Assembly (NCBI RefSeq): GCF_004365815.1
Contig: NZ_SODD01000009.1
Location: 1-32,000 of the forward strand
DNA from: Breznakia blatticola
Lineage (GTDB): Bacteria > Bacillota_I > Bacilli_A > Erysipelotrichales > Erysipelotrichaceae
Reading direction: 5' to 3'
Length of the DNA stretch: 32,000 nt
A program made the translations under genes and the position numbers. Position 1 is the stretch's first letter. Every line of letters begins with the position of its first letter. Positions 14,672 to 28,483 of the stretch are shown piece after piece. The notes below the pieces were generated by a model, which saw nothing but the letters and a program-made list of their open reading frames with translations, ran no database searches and was not told the DNA's origin.

Positions 14672-16084
14672 TTAGAAATCCTCCTTTGTTATACCAGCTA
14701 ATCCTGTTACATCTTCAATTCCTTTAGCAACATTAAACATTGTTTGTTCATCAAAAGCGCGTGCTAATAAGTTAATTGCAACAGGCATTCCATCAACCAT
14801 ATCATAAGGTACAGTAATTGAAGGATATCCACTAAAGTTTCCTAATAACATATGGTTTTCTGCAACCATAAATGTATTGTTTAAATCCTCTCCATATGAG
14901 TCATCTGGTTTAGGTGCAAGTGTACCTGCAGCTGGTGCTAATAATACATCATAGTTTTTTAATGCTTCATCAACTGCTTCAACAATAACACGACGTACTT
15001 TTTGCGCTTTTCTAAAGATTTTATCTTGGTTTTCGACAAATAAACTATATGATCCAATAACAAAACGGTTACGTACATCACTACTAAATCCTTTTGTTCT
15101 TGAATTGATCATGATTTCATTTAGATCTTCACCAGGCTCACGCATTCCAAAACGAATTCCATCCAAATTTGAATGATTAGCTGTAGCTTCTGCATTTGAA
15201 ATAATGAAATATGTTGGTAATAAAGCGTTCATTAGATCTTGGTCAATTGTAACCATCTCTAATATAGTTCCTTTTTCTTCTAGTTTTTTAGTGAATGCAT
15301 CGAAAGAAGGACGGAATCTAGGGTCAACAATTGCATCAATTACATTTGTGATAATTCCGATTTTCTTTCCTTTTAAATCACCATTTAATAAACTCGCATA
15401 TGCTTCAACTTCCTTGTATGATGAAGTCATATCTTGGTCATCGCGACCTGCCATTACTTCTAAAGCAAGGGCAGCATCTTCAATGTTTGTTGTAAAGTAT
15501 CCAACATGGTCCAAACTTGATGCATATGGAATGACACCGTAGCGTGAAATTCTTCCATAAGTTGGTTTTACTCCAACAATTCCACAGTATGCAGCAGGTT
15601 TTCTAACACTATCACCTGTATCTGTACCAATGGCTAGTGGTGTTAATCCAGCAGCAACAAGCGCAGCAGATCCACTACTACTTCCCCCAGTGATTCGTTC
15701 CAAATCATATGGATTATTTACTTTTCCAGTGTAGGCATTTAGTCCCGTTCCACCCATTCCAAGTTCATCCATAGCGCTTTTACAAGTGAAAATTGCACCT
15801 GCATCACGCAACTTTTTAACTACTGTTGCATCATAAAATGGTACATAGTTATCTAATATACGACTTGAAGCTGTCGTTCTAACACCTTTCGTTGAAATGT
15901 TATCTTTTAAGACAACAGGTGTTCCAAATAATGGTGCATCTTCTTTCATCTTGTAGTCTTTAATTTGTGCATCTACATCACAAAAAGAAACAACTGCGTT
16001 TAATTTCTCGTTTGCACTTACAAGTCTTGCTTGTAAATCAACAAGTTCATGTATATCTTTATTTTTAAAGTCTTGAATTCGCAT
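14672..16084 (-). CDS. gatA: Asp-tRNA(Asn)/Glu-tRNA(Gln) amidotransferase subunit A
   Basis: The amidase signature GGSSSGSAA is present. It shares a 1-nt TAATG overlap with gatC and is followed by gatB after 1 nt. Confidence 0.97.
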   Translation of the reverse strand: MRIQDFKNKDIHELVDLQARLVSANEKLNAVVSFCDVDAQIKDYKMKEDAPLFGTPVVLKDNISTKGVRTTASSRILDNYVPFYDATVVKKLRDAGAIFTCKSAMDELGMGGTGLNAYTGKVNNPYDLERITGGSSSGSAALVAAGLTPLAIGTDTGDSVRKPAAYCGIVGVKPTYGRISRYGVIPYASSLDHVGYFTTNIEDAALALEVMAGRDDQDMTSSYKEVEAYASLLNGDLKGKKIGIITNVIDAIVDPRFRPSFDAFTKKLEEKGTILEMVTIDQDLMNALLPTYFIISNAEATANHSNLDGIRFGMREPGEDLNEIMINSRTKGFSSDVRNRFVIGSYSLFVENQDKIFRKAQKVRRVIVEAVDEALKNYDVLLAPAAGTLAPKPDDSYGEDLNNTFMVAENHMLLGNFSGYPSITVPYDMVDGMPVAINLLARAFDEQTMFNVAKGIEDVTGLAGITKEDF

Positions 16085-16374
16085 TATTTCACCACCTTTG
16101 GTACTAAAATTTGACCATCTTTTACTTCTGGAGCATTTTCTAATGCTTCTTGTTGTGAAATAACATTCTCTATTTCATCTTCACGTAAAAAATGCGTTTC
16201 TAGTTCAAATGGATATACCATTTCCTTTACGTCGTCTGTATTGATTTTATCAAGTAAGTCCATCTTGCGAAGAGTCACTTCAAATTCCTTTTGTAGGATT
16301 TCGATTTCATCATCGCTCAAATCAATCATAATTTGATTTGCCAACTTACGAAAATATGCCTTATTTTTTTCCAT
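16084..16374 (-). CDS. gatC: Asp-tRNA(Asn)/Glu-tRNA(Gln) amidotransferase subunit C
   Basis: A 96-aa acidic protein immediately upstream of gatA, with the typical LSDDEI...L motif. Confidence 0.9.
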   Translation of the reverse strand: MEKNKAYFRKLANQIMIDLSDDEIEILQKEFEVTLRKMDLLDKINTDDVKEMVYPFELETHFLREDEIENVISQQEALENAPEVKDGQILVPKVVK

Positions 16375-16384
16375 AATGCTCCTT

Positions 16385-21646
<5,262 letters not shown>

Positions 21647-21753
21647 AGTTTTTACCTCGCTGCAAACATTATACTACAAAATCACACATCATTTTTGTTA
21701 AAACTACAAGATTTTTTATTCAATATGATATATAATCGTTACGAGGTGTGCCA

Positions 21754-23322
21754 GTGAAAAAAAATAAGAAAACAAGAAACATACGTTATGGTCGAATTCT
21801 TGACCTAATAAATATGATACTATTCCCTATCTTAAGTATTTTACTCGTGCTATTTATTCATAAATATAGCGACAAGTATTACTTATATGCGATAGGATTA
21901 TTTGCATTTGTATTTGTAGTTATCCTTTTACTTTTTAAAATCAAAGGTAAGATTATTGAAAATATCCGTCGTGTCTTTTTATTGTTGATGGTGATTTTAC
22001 TTGGACTCGCTAATTTTTATACAAAAGATATTACAAGTGGATATGAAGCATTTGCAAGTTCTATGGATAATTCGGAAACAACGATTCATTATGATGTACT
22101 TACCTTAAAAGAAAGTACAAATAACTTACAAACACTTGAAGATTTAGATGGCTATGTCATTGGATTTCCTACAAATGGTTCAACTGAAGCTACAGATAAA
22201 GCAAAAGAAACATTATCAAGTAAGCTTAGTGATTATGGAACACTAAATTACGATAACTATATGACGATGTATAGTGATTATACACAAGAATATGTTGATG
22301 CAATCGTAGTTGATCAAAGTCAAAAAGCCAATCTTCCTGAAGATTATAGAAACTTATATGAGATTAGCAATGTCGTTGATACGTATTCATTTACAATTAA
22401 AAACAATATCAAGGGTAACGATATTGATATCACAAAAGAAGTATTTACCGTTTTAGTTAGTGCAAGTGATCAAATTGAAGCACCAACAAGTCACTCACTA
22501 AGTGATACCAATATGATTTTGATTATTGATCCAGTAAATCATATTATTCAAACGATTTCGATTCCTCGTGATTCGTTTATCCCAAACCCTGCATATGGTA
22601 ATGTAAGCGATAAACTTACACATACAGGAAATGATGGAGTGGAAAACACAAAAGTTGCAATTGAAAAAGCATTTGATATTAAAATTGATTTCTATGTGAA
22701 AGTGTCATTTTCTTCACTTATTGAAATTGTTGATACATTGGATGGAATTCCAGTTAATGTATTACAGCCAATCGTGGAACAAGATGAATATCGTAGTTTT
22801 GCTGAAGAGGATCTTATTTACTTAGATGCTGGACAACAAACACTAAACGGAAAACAAGCACTTGCCTATGCAAGACACCGTCATTCATACGAAAACCAAG
22901 ACCTTGGACGTAATCAAGCACAAATTGAAGTTATGAAGGGATTGGTTAAACGCGTATTATCTCCTGATGGAATTACCAAAGTAGATGATGTGATGAAATT
23001 AATGAGTAACTATGTCATTATGAACTTCTCTGAAAGCCAATTAACAAGTTTTGTGAAACAACAAGTTGATAATATGCCTTCATGGGAATTCAAATCATTA
23101 AGTTTAGATAAAGGAATGCAAGGTTCTGAACCAACTGCATCTATGCCAAGTGTATATTCAAGTGTCTATTATTTATCAAAATCAGATATTGAAAAAGTAA
23201 ACGCTATGTATCACCTTATGAAAGAAAGAAATCGCTTGAGTGAATTTCATTTTGATTTAGATGATATGTATAACGAATATAGTACATATGAAGAAAGTAA
23301 TGATATTGTACTAGCACCATAA
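21754..23322 (+). CDS. LCP (LytR-CpsA-Psr) family cell-wall polymer ligase, paralog 1 (3 TM + extra lobe + LCP domain)
   Basis: SDTNMILIIDP...ISIPRDS...KLTH, LNGKQALAYARHRH and GRNQAQ are LCP motifs. The GTG at 21754 lies 7 nt after GAGG. The track start at 21748 is only 1 nt from the SD. Confidence 0.85.
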   Translation: MKKNKKTRNIRYGRILDLINMILFPILSILLVLFIHKYSDKYYLYAIGLFAFVFVVILLLFKIKGKIIENIRRVFLLLMVILLGLANFYTKDITSGYEAFASSMDNSETTIHYDVLTLKESTNNLQTLEDLDGYVIGFPTNGSTEATDKAKETLSSKLSDYGTLNYDNYMTMYSDYTQEYVDAIVVDQSQKANLPEDYRNLYEISNVVDTYSFTIKNNIKGNDIDITKEVFTVLVSASDQIEAPTSHSLSDTNMILIIDPVNHIIQTISIPRDSFIPNPAYGNVSDKLTHTGNDGVENTKVAIEKAFDIKIDFYVKVSFSSLIEIVDTLDGIPVNVLQPIVEQDEYRSFAEEDLIYLDAGQQTLNGKQALAYARHRHSYENQDLGRNQAQIEVMKGLVKRVLSPDGITKVDDVMKLMSNYVIMNFSESQLTSFVKQQVDNMPSWEFKSLSLDKGMQGSEPTASMPSVYSSVYYLSKSDIEKVNAMYHLMKERNRLSEFHFDLDDMYNEYSTYEESNDIVLAP

Positions 23323-23335
23323 TTCAGTAAAAACG

Positions 23336-23358
23336 GGATGGGTTTCCATCCTTTTTTT
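23336..23358 (+). terminator. Rho-independent terminator after LCP paralog 1
   Basis: GGATGG-gttt-CCATCC followed by seven T residues. Confidence 0.75.
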
Positions 23359-23462
23359 ATACGAATCATGAAACCTCTTGCTAACGATACATTTCTTCAT
23401 CACAATTTCACTTTACACTACCTGCCTTTCTATACTATAATTAGTTGAAAAAGAGGTTATTT

Positions 23463-25310
23463 ATGAAAAAATTTATACAGTCGCGTAAGTTTGACTTTCT
23501 ATTAATAATTTTACTAGGTATTGCACTTGTTTGTGCTGGATACTTTGCTTACCAAGTGCGTGTTTTACCAATGAAATACCGTATTGCGGTAATCGCAATT
23601 ACAGCAATTGTATTTTTAATCTTACTTGCATTAACATTCAAACGTTTTCAAATAAAAGGAACATGGATACGACGTGTCATCGTTATTTTGATTACAATCA
23701 TATATGGATTTGTTTCCTTATATGCATATAAAGGAAATCATACAATTCGCTCAATTACAGATCCTTCAAAAGATAAATACATTACGATATCGGTACTTGC
23801 AAAAGCCGATAGTGATATAAATGAATTAAAAGATCTAGAAGATGCAACTGTTGGTTTTCAAAACTCAACAGATGAAGACAATGCAAAATATGCAAAAAAA
23901 GAAATCAATGCTTCAGTAGCAAATGTTACTTATACAGATCAAAGTAACTATACAGATTTAGGTAACTCATTATTAAATGATGAAATTGATGCCTTAATCA
24001 TTACAAAATCAAGCATTAGTACGGTAGAAGACCACATTGAAGGATTTACTTCAAATACAAAAGAAATCGCAACATTCCAACGTAAAGTGCAACAAACTGC
24101 ATCAAAAAACTCTGGAAAAGATTTAACGAAAGAACCATTCACAATTTTATTAAGTGGTATTGATACATCAGATACTGGTGAAGCAAGTCAACGTAGTGAT
24201 GTAAACATGATTCTTATTGTGAATCCAATTACAAACCACATGGAAATGGTAAGTTTCCCTCGTGATTCATATATCCCTAACCTAGCTTTAGGTGGGATTA
24301 ATGATAAATTAACACACCTAGGAAACCATGGTGTTGAAAATATTATGGATTCGATTGCTGCAATTAGTGGCTTTGAAATTGATTTCTATGTACAAGTTAA
24401 CTTCACATCAGTAGTTGAAATTGTAGATGCTATGGGTGGAGTTGAAGTTGATGTTGCTATGGATTTCACTGAACAAAATAGTCAACGTAGTTTTGAAGAT
24501 GGTGATTTGATTGTCCTAAAGAAAGGATTACAAACACTTAATGGTGAACAAGCCTTAGCATATGCACGTAACCGTCATGATCAACCAGAAGGTGATGTTG
24601 GGCGTACAAGAGCACAACAGGATATTATTAAGGCGATGATTAGCAAATTAACGACTGCGCAAGGTGTTACAGCTGTTCCTTCCCTAATGGAAACCGCAAC
24701 GAAATACATTGAAACAGATATGAGTTATGAACAACTATCAGACTTTGTGAATTATGAAATTGAGCACTTAGAACCATGGACATTTGGTAGTACATCTTTA
24801 GATAGCGGAAAAAATGACAATATCCCTATCCCATACGCTGGTGGTAGTATGCCATTATCAGTTTACATCTTATCTTTAACAGATATGGAGATGTTATATT
24901 ATCGTTACCAAATGATTATTAATCCGACAAACTTCAAAGATTTCAGCTTTGATTTAGAAGATTTATATGGACAGTTACCTCCATACCAACGCCCAGCAAC
25001 AGGAATGTTTGTTGGTGATGATTTCTCTAGCGAGAAAGGTGGCGGTGATTATGATACAGATTATGATGAACCTGCATATGTCCCACCTGTAGAAGAACCT
25101 ACAGTACCTGAAACACCTGTTGATAATGATACAGATAACGGATCAAGTGGTGGTGATACAGGAACTGGATCTGGAAGTACTGGTGGTAGTGATACTCCTG
25201 GTAGCAATCCAGGAGATGGAACAAATCCTCCTTCTGGTGGAGAAACTCCTAGCGAGCCAGGAACAAGTGATCCAAGTACGGATCCTTCAGCTCCATCAAC
25301 TGGACAATAA
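23463..25310 (+). CDS. LCP (LytR-CpsA-Psr) family protein, paralog 2, with a Pro/Gly/Thr/Ser/Asp-rich C-terminal tail
   Basis: It has the same architecture and motifs as paralog 1 (SDVNMILIVNP, FPRDS, LNGEQALAYARNRH, GRTRAQ). The ATG at 23463 is preceded by an AAGAGG SD. The last ~90 aa are low complexity. Confidence 0.85.
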   Translation: MKKFIQSRKFDFLLIILLGIALVCAGYFAYQVRVLPMKYRIAVIAITAIVFLILLALTFKRFQIKGTWIRRVIVILITIIYGFVSLYAYKGNHTIRSITDPSKDKYITISVLAKADSDINELKDLEDATVGFQNSTDEDNAKYAKKEINASVANVTYTDQSNYTDLGNSLLNDEIDALIITKSSISTVEDHIEGFTSNTKEIATFQRKVQQTASKNSGKDLTKEPFTILLSGIDTSDTGEASQRSDVNMILIVNPITNHMEMVSFPRDSYIPNLALGGINDKLTHLGNHGVENIMDSIAAISGFEIDFYVQVNFTSVVEIVDAMGGVEVDVAMDFTEQNSQRSFEDGDLIVLKKGLQTLNGEQALAYARNRHDQPEGDVGRTRAQQDIIKAMISKLTTAQGVTAVPSLMETATKYIETDMSYEQLSDFVNYEIEHLEPWTFGSTSLDSGKNDNIPIPYAGGSMPLSVYILSLTDMEMLYYRYQMIINPTNFKDFSFDLEDLYGQLPPYQRPATGMFVGDDFSSEKGGGDYDTDYDEPAYVPPVEEPTVPETPVDNDTDNGSSGGDTGTGSGSTGGSDTPGSNPGDGTNPPSGGETPSEPGTSDPSTDPSAPSTGQ

Positions 25311-25315
25311 TAAAC

Positions 25316-25357
25316 AAAAACCAATTGGACAATGACATCCAATTGGTTTTCTTTTTT
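25316..25357. terminator. Bidirectional terminator shared by the convergent LCP and ATPase genes
   Basis: Perfect 9-bp stem CCAATTGGA / TCCAATTGG with an 8-nt loop, flanked by AAAAA and TTTTCTTTTTT. Confidence 0.8.
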
Positions 25358-25380
25358 ATACTTTTTTATACTTTTTTATA
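25351..25380. repeat. Perfect 10-bp tandem repeat x3 (CTTTTTTATA)
   Basis: Three identical adjacent copies occupy 25351-25360, 25361-25370 and 25371-25380. They span the last codons and the TAA stop of the ATPase gene. Confidence 0.9.
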
Positions 25381-27612
25381 GTAGTAAAGCATACGCATTG
25401 CATTTAATACAGCAAGTAAGGTTACCCCAACATCTGCAAATACTCCTGCCCACATATTGGTAATACCAAATGCAGATAAGATTAATACAATGCTTTTAAT
25501 TCCTAATGCCATCACAACATTTTGAATTACAATTTGTTTTGTTTTTCTAGCGATTTTCATCGTTTTTGGGATGAGTAGCAAATCATCACTCATTAAGACA
25601 ATATCACTTGCCTCAATTGCTACATCACTACCTACACCACCCATTGAGATACCAACATCAGCTCTCATTAAAGCTGGTGCATCATTAATTCCATCACCAA
25701 CAAAGGCAACTGCATGGTTTTCTTTATCTAAGTAAGACTCAAGAATACGAACCTTATCTTGTGGTAATAGTTCAGCATGTATATTTTCAATACCAACTTC
25801 TTTACCAATCGCATTCGCAATTTCTTTTTGGTCACCAGTTAACATAACAGTATTTGTTACTCCAAGAGTATGCATATCTGCAATTGCTTGTTTACTTGAC
25901 TCTTTCACTTGGTCACCAATTACGACAGAACCTACGTATTGACCGTTATAAGCGACATAGAGCACGGTTCCTAGACTTTGGTTAGCTGTATAGCTAATTT
26001 GCTCTTTATCCATCAGCTTTTGATTACCAACGAATAGTGGCTTATCATCAAGTGAAACTGCAATACCATATCCTGCAATCTCTTGATAACTACTAAGTCG
26101 TGTTGCATCAATCGTACCTGTATATGCAGCAGCGATGCTTTTTGCAATTGGGTGATTTGAATAACTTTCTGCATAAGCAGCAAGTTCTAGTGTTTGCTCA
26201 GCTCCAGTAATACTTTCAACAGCAAATTCCCCTTTTGTAATAGTTCCTGTTTTATCCATGACAATGGTATCAACATGTTCAAGTAATTCTAAATAGTTAC
26301 CACCTTTAACTAATGCACCAATGCGACTTGCACTACCAATACCTGCATAGAATCCTAACGGTACAGAAACAACAAGTGCACACGGACAAGAGATAACTAG
26401 GAATGTACATGCACGATATAACCATGTATAGAAATCACCAACAAAGATCGTTGGGATAATAACTAATAATAAAGCCAACCCAACAACGATTGGTGTATAC
26501 ACCTTCGCAAACTTTGTAATAAAGGTTTCTGTAGGTGCTTTTTTATTACTTGCGTGTTCTACAAGGTCTAGAATTTTAGACACTGTAGAATCTTTATAAA
26601 CGCGTGTTACTTTACATGTAATTAGTCCTGATGTATTTAATGATCCAGCTAGCACTTCATCATTTTGATGTACATCTTTGAGTTTTACTTCCCCATTTAA
26701 TGCACTTAAATCAAGTGATGAGCTACCATCGATTACAATTGCATCAACAGGTACTTTTTCTCCTGCTTTAATTGCAATTACATCATTAATTTTTAATGTT
26801 TTTGGATCCACTTGTTTATACGATTTATCTGGTTGTACAAGATTTGCGTACTCTGCTTGTAAATCCATCAATCCTGTAATTGACTTTCTTGTTCGGTCGA
26901 CTGCTAAATCTTGGAAATACTCCCCGATATTGTAGAAGACCATAACAGCAACAGCTTCTTCATAAGATGAGACTACAAATGCTCCTAATGTTGCAATTGT
27001 CATTAAGAAATGTTCATCAAAGATTTCTCCATGTTGAATATTCTTAAAACTTTTATAAATTACATGATATCCAGCAAAGATATATGGAATCACGTAAATA
27101 AAGAATGGATGTATATTTGTAGTTTTCTCGATAATGACTCCAACAAAGAATAAGATAATACTTAAAATCAATTCGTTTCGTTCTCGATTGGACTGTTCAG
27201 GTGCTTGTTCTTCTTCACCAAGTAATTTAGCCCCTGGTTCTACTTGATCGATCAGCACATTACTACGTGTAAGGACATCGTTTTGACTTAATTTACCTTT
27301 TGGTTCAATATAGGCTAATCCATGAGTAAAGTTAATTTTTGCATGTTCAATAAAGTCTGCTTTATTTAAACGATCTTCAACTTTTTGTGCACAGTTTCCG
27401 CAATCCAGACCCGTAAGTTTAAATTTATACTTGGCATCTATATCGCCGATATCATCTTCCTCACTTGAAGAAGATGCTGCACACTGACACGATGCTTCAT
27501 GATGGTGTTCATGTTCATGTGTTTCGTGTGATTCTTTTGTAATGCTTGTATCATGATTGCAACAAGATCCATCTGGCTTGTGATCATGATGATGTACATG
27601 TAAATGTTTCAT
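25366..27612 (-). CDS. cadA: Heavy-metal translocating P1B-2-type ATPase (Zn2+/Cd2+/Pb2+ exporter, CadA/ZntA-like)
   Basis: A His-rich N-terminus is followed by an HMA domain (GLDCGNCAQKV), CPC in TM6, DKTGT, TGD and GDGINDAP. TM7 has Nx7K (NVVMALGIK) and TM8 has DxG (ADVG), both typical of P1B-2 pumps. Confidence 0.92.
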   Translation of the reverse strand: MKHLHVHHHDHKPDGSCCNHDTSITKESHETHEHEHHHEASCQCAASSSSEEDDIGDIDAKYKFKLTGLDCGNCAQKVEDRLNKADFIEHAKINFTHGLAYIEPKGKLSQNDVLTRSNVLIDQVEPGAKLLGEEEQAPEQSNRERNELILSIILFFVGVIIEKTTNIHPFFIYVIPYIFAGYHVIYKSFKNIQHGEIFDEHFLMTIATLGAFVVSSYEEAVAVMVFYNIGEYFQDLAVDRTRKSITGLMDLQAEYANLVQPDKSYKQVDPKTLKINDVIAIKAGEKVPVDAIVIDGSSSLDLSALNGEVKLKDVHQNDEVLAGSLNTSGLITCKVTRVYKDSTVSKILDLVEHASNKKAPTETFITKFAKVYTPIVVGLALLLVIIPTIFVGDFYTWLYRACTFLVISCPCALVVSVPLGFYAGIGSASRIGALVKGGNYLELLEHVDTIVMDKTGTITKGEFAVESITGAEQTLELAAYAESYSNHPIAKSIAAAYTGTIDATRLSSYQEIAGYGIAVSLDDKPLFVGNQKLMDKEQISYTANQSLGTVLYVAYNGQYVGSVVIGDQVKESSKQAIADMHTLGVTNTVMLTGDQKEIANAIGKEVGIENIHAELLPQDKVRILESYLDKENHAVAFVGDGINDAPALMRADVGISMGGVGSDVAIEASDIVLMSDDLLLIPKTMKIARKTKQIVIQNVVMALGIKSIVLILSAFGITNMWAGVFADVGVTLLAVLNAMRMLYYYKKV

Positions 27613-27616
27613 AATT

Positions 27617-27955
27617 CTACTCCTTCATATGTTCATATGCTGCATTAAAGATAAGTTCAATGTGTCGATCATCTAATGAATAAAACATGTTTTTCTTATC
27701 TCTACGCGATTTAATGATTCGATTTCTTTTTAAAATTGCAAGTTGATGTGATATTGCACTTTGCGACATTTCTAATTCATCGGCAATACATTGCACACAC
27801 ATCTCACCTTTGAATAAAACATGTAAAATCTTTAGTCTTGTTGCATCTGCATACATCTTAAAAAAGATAGCAAGTTCTTCTGCTTCTACAGCATCTAATT
27901 CATCGACTCTTTGAAATTGTGTATGTTGACATTCATCTGCTTTTCTATTTTCCAT
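27617..27955 (-). CDS. ArsR/SmtB family metalloregulatory repressor (complete alpha5 site; SmtB/CzrA/CadC-like)
   Basis: The HTH reads ELEMSQSAISHQLAILK. The C-terminal DRHIELIFNAAYEHMKE fits DxHx10Hx2E. There is an additional CVQC in alpha3 and an N-terminal Cys. The gene lies 4 nt upstream of the ATPase gene. Confidence 0.9.
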   Translation of the reverse strand: MENRKADECQHTQFQRVDELDAVEAEELAIFFKMYADATRLKILHVLFKGEMCVQCIADELEMSQSAISHQLAILKRNRIIKSRRDKKNMFYSLDDRHIELIFNAAYEHMKE

Positions 27956-27964
27956 CTCTTACCT

Positions 27965-27986
27965 CATATGAACGTTTGTTCATATG
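27965..27986 (-). promoter_or_regulatory. Putative ArsR/SmtB operator: perfect inverted repeat CATATGAAC-N4-GTTCATATG
   Basis: The 9-bp arms at 27965-27973 and 27978-27986 are exact reverse complements. They contain the TGAAC/GTTCA core remembered from SmtB/CzrA-type operators. The site lies between the -10 element and the SD. Confidence 0.7.
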
Positions 27987-27989
27987 TTC

Positions 27990-28017
27990 ATTATATACTG
28001 TTTTTCAAGTATTTCAA
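27990..28017 (-). promoter_or_regulatory. Sigma-A promoter of the arsR-cadA operon (TTGAAA-16 nt-TATAAT)
   Basis: On the minus strand, -35 TTGAAA is at 28012-28017 and -10 TATAAT is at 27990-27995. The operator begins 3 nt downstream of the -10. Confidence 0.65.
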
Positions 28018-28028
28018 GTATTTGCACT

Positions 28029-28052
28029 AAAAAAGCGAGAAATTAATCCCGC
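28029..28052 (-). terminator. Rho-independent terminator after the CpXC gene
   Basis: The minus strand reads GCGGGA-ttaatt-TCTCGC (one G-U pair) followed by TTTTTT. The stem includes the stop codon. Confidence 0.65.
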
Positions 28053-28483
28053 CTTTTCAAACATATAAGTTGTTCTTCTTTACGAAAGAACAGTTGATGA
28101 TCATCTTTGCCATCATATGTATAGCCTTTAAGCACTCCATCCTTTAATGGTAATATTGCTTCTAAGTCAATTCCATCTTGTAGTATATGTACATATTCAA
28201 CAAACATATCCATTGTACTTGCTTCTATGTATGTTGAAGTAATACTTCCCTCACCCTTTAATTGATATCCAATATACATCCGTTGTTTAGGAAAATAATA
28301 CAATACTGGATAATCTAATGGAAAGGTTGTTTTACAATTTTCACATGTATGGACAAATAAGCTTCGATTTGTTACTAAAGGTACAAGATTTTCATCGATT
28401 TCATGATTGATGATCGTATCACGCTTTATGTAAAATTCCTGTTTACATGTAGGACATACAAGTTGAAACAGTTTTTCTTGCAC
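28043..28483 (-). CDS. CpXC domain-containing (zinc-ribbon) protein
   Basis: Two CxxC pairs (CPTCKQEF and CENCKTTF) are spaced as in CpXC-type proteins. The GTG start overlaps the pgi stop by 1 nt (TAGTG). Confidence 0.5.
   Translation of the reverse strand: MQEKLFQLVCPTCKQEFYIKRDTIINHEIDENLVPLVTNRSLFVHTCENCKTTFPLDYPVLYYFPKQRMYIGYQLKGEGSITSTYIEASTMDMFVEYVHILQDGIDLEAILPLKDGVLKGYTYDGKDDHQLFFRKEEQLICLKRRD

Noticed and set aside
16375-16384. A T-box, riboswitch or leader upstream of gatCAB
   Set aside because: Only 10 nt separate camS and gatC, so there is no room for a structured leader. The genes appear to form one pcrA-ligA-camS-gatCAB transcription unit.
25061-25342. Overlapping ORFs (93 aa on the minus strand, 71 aa on the plus strand) across the end of LCP paralog 2
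   Set aside because: They are alternative-frame or antisense readings of the G/P/T/S/D-rich low-complexity tail. They are open only because of the compositional bias, and they run into the terminator.
25351-25380. The tandem repeat as a CRISPR or minisatellite locus
   Set aside because: There are only three 10-bp units with no spacers, which is far too short for CRISPR. No cas genes are present.
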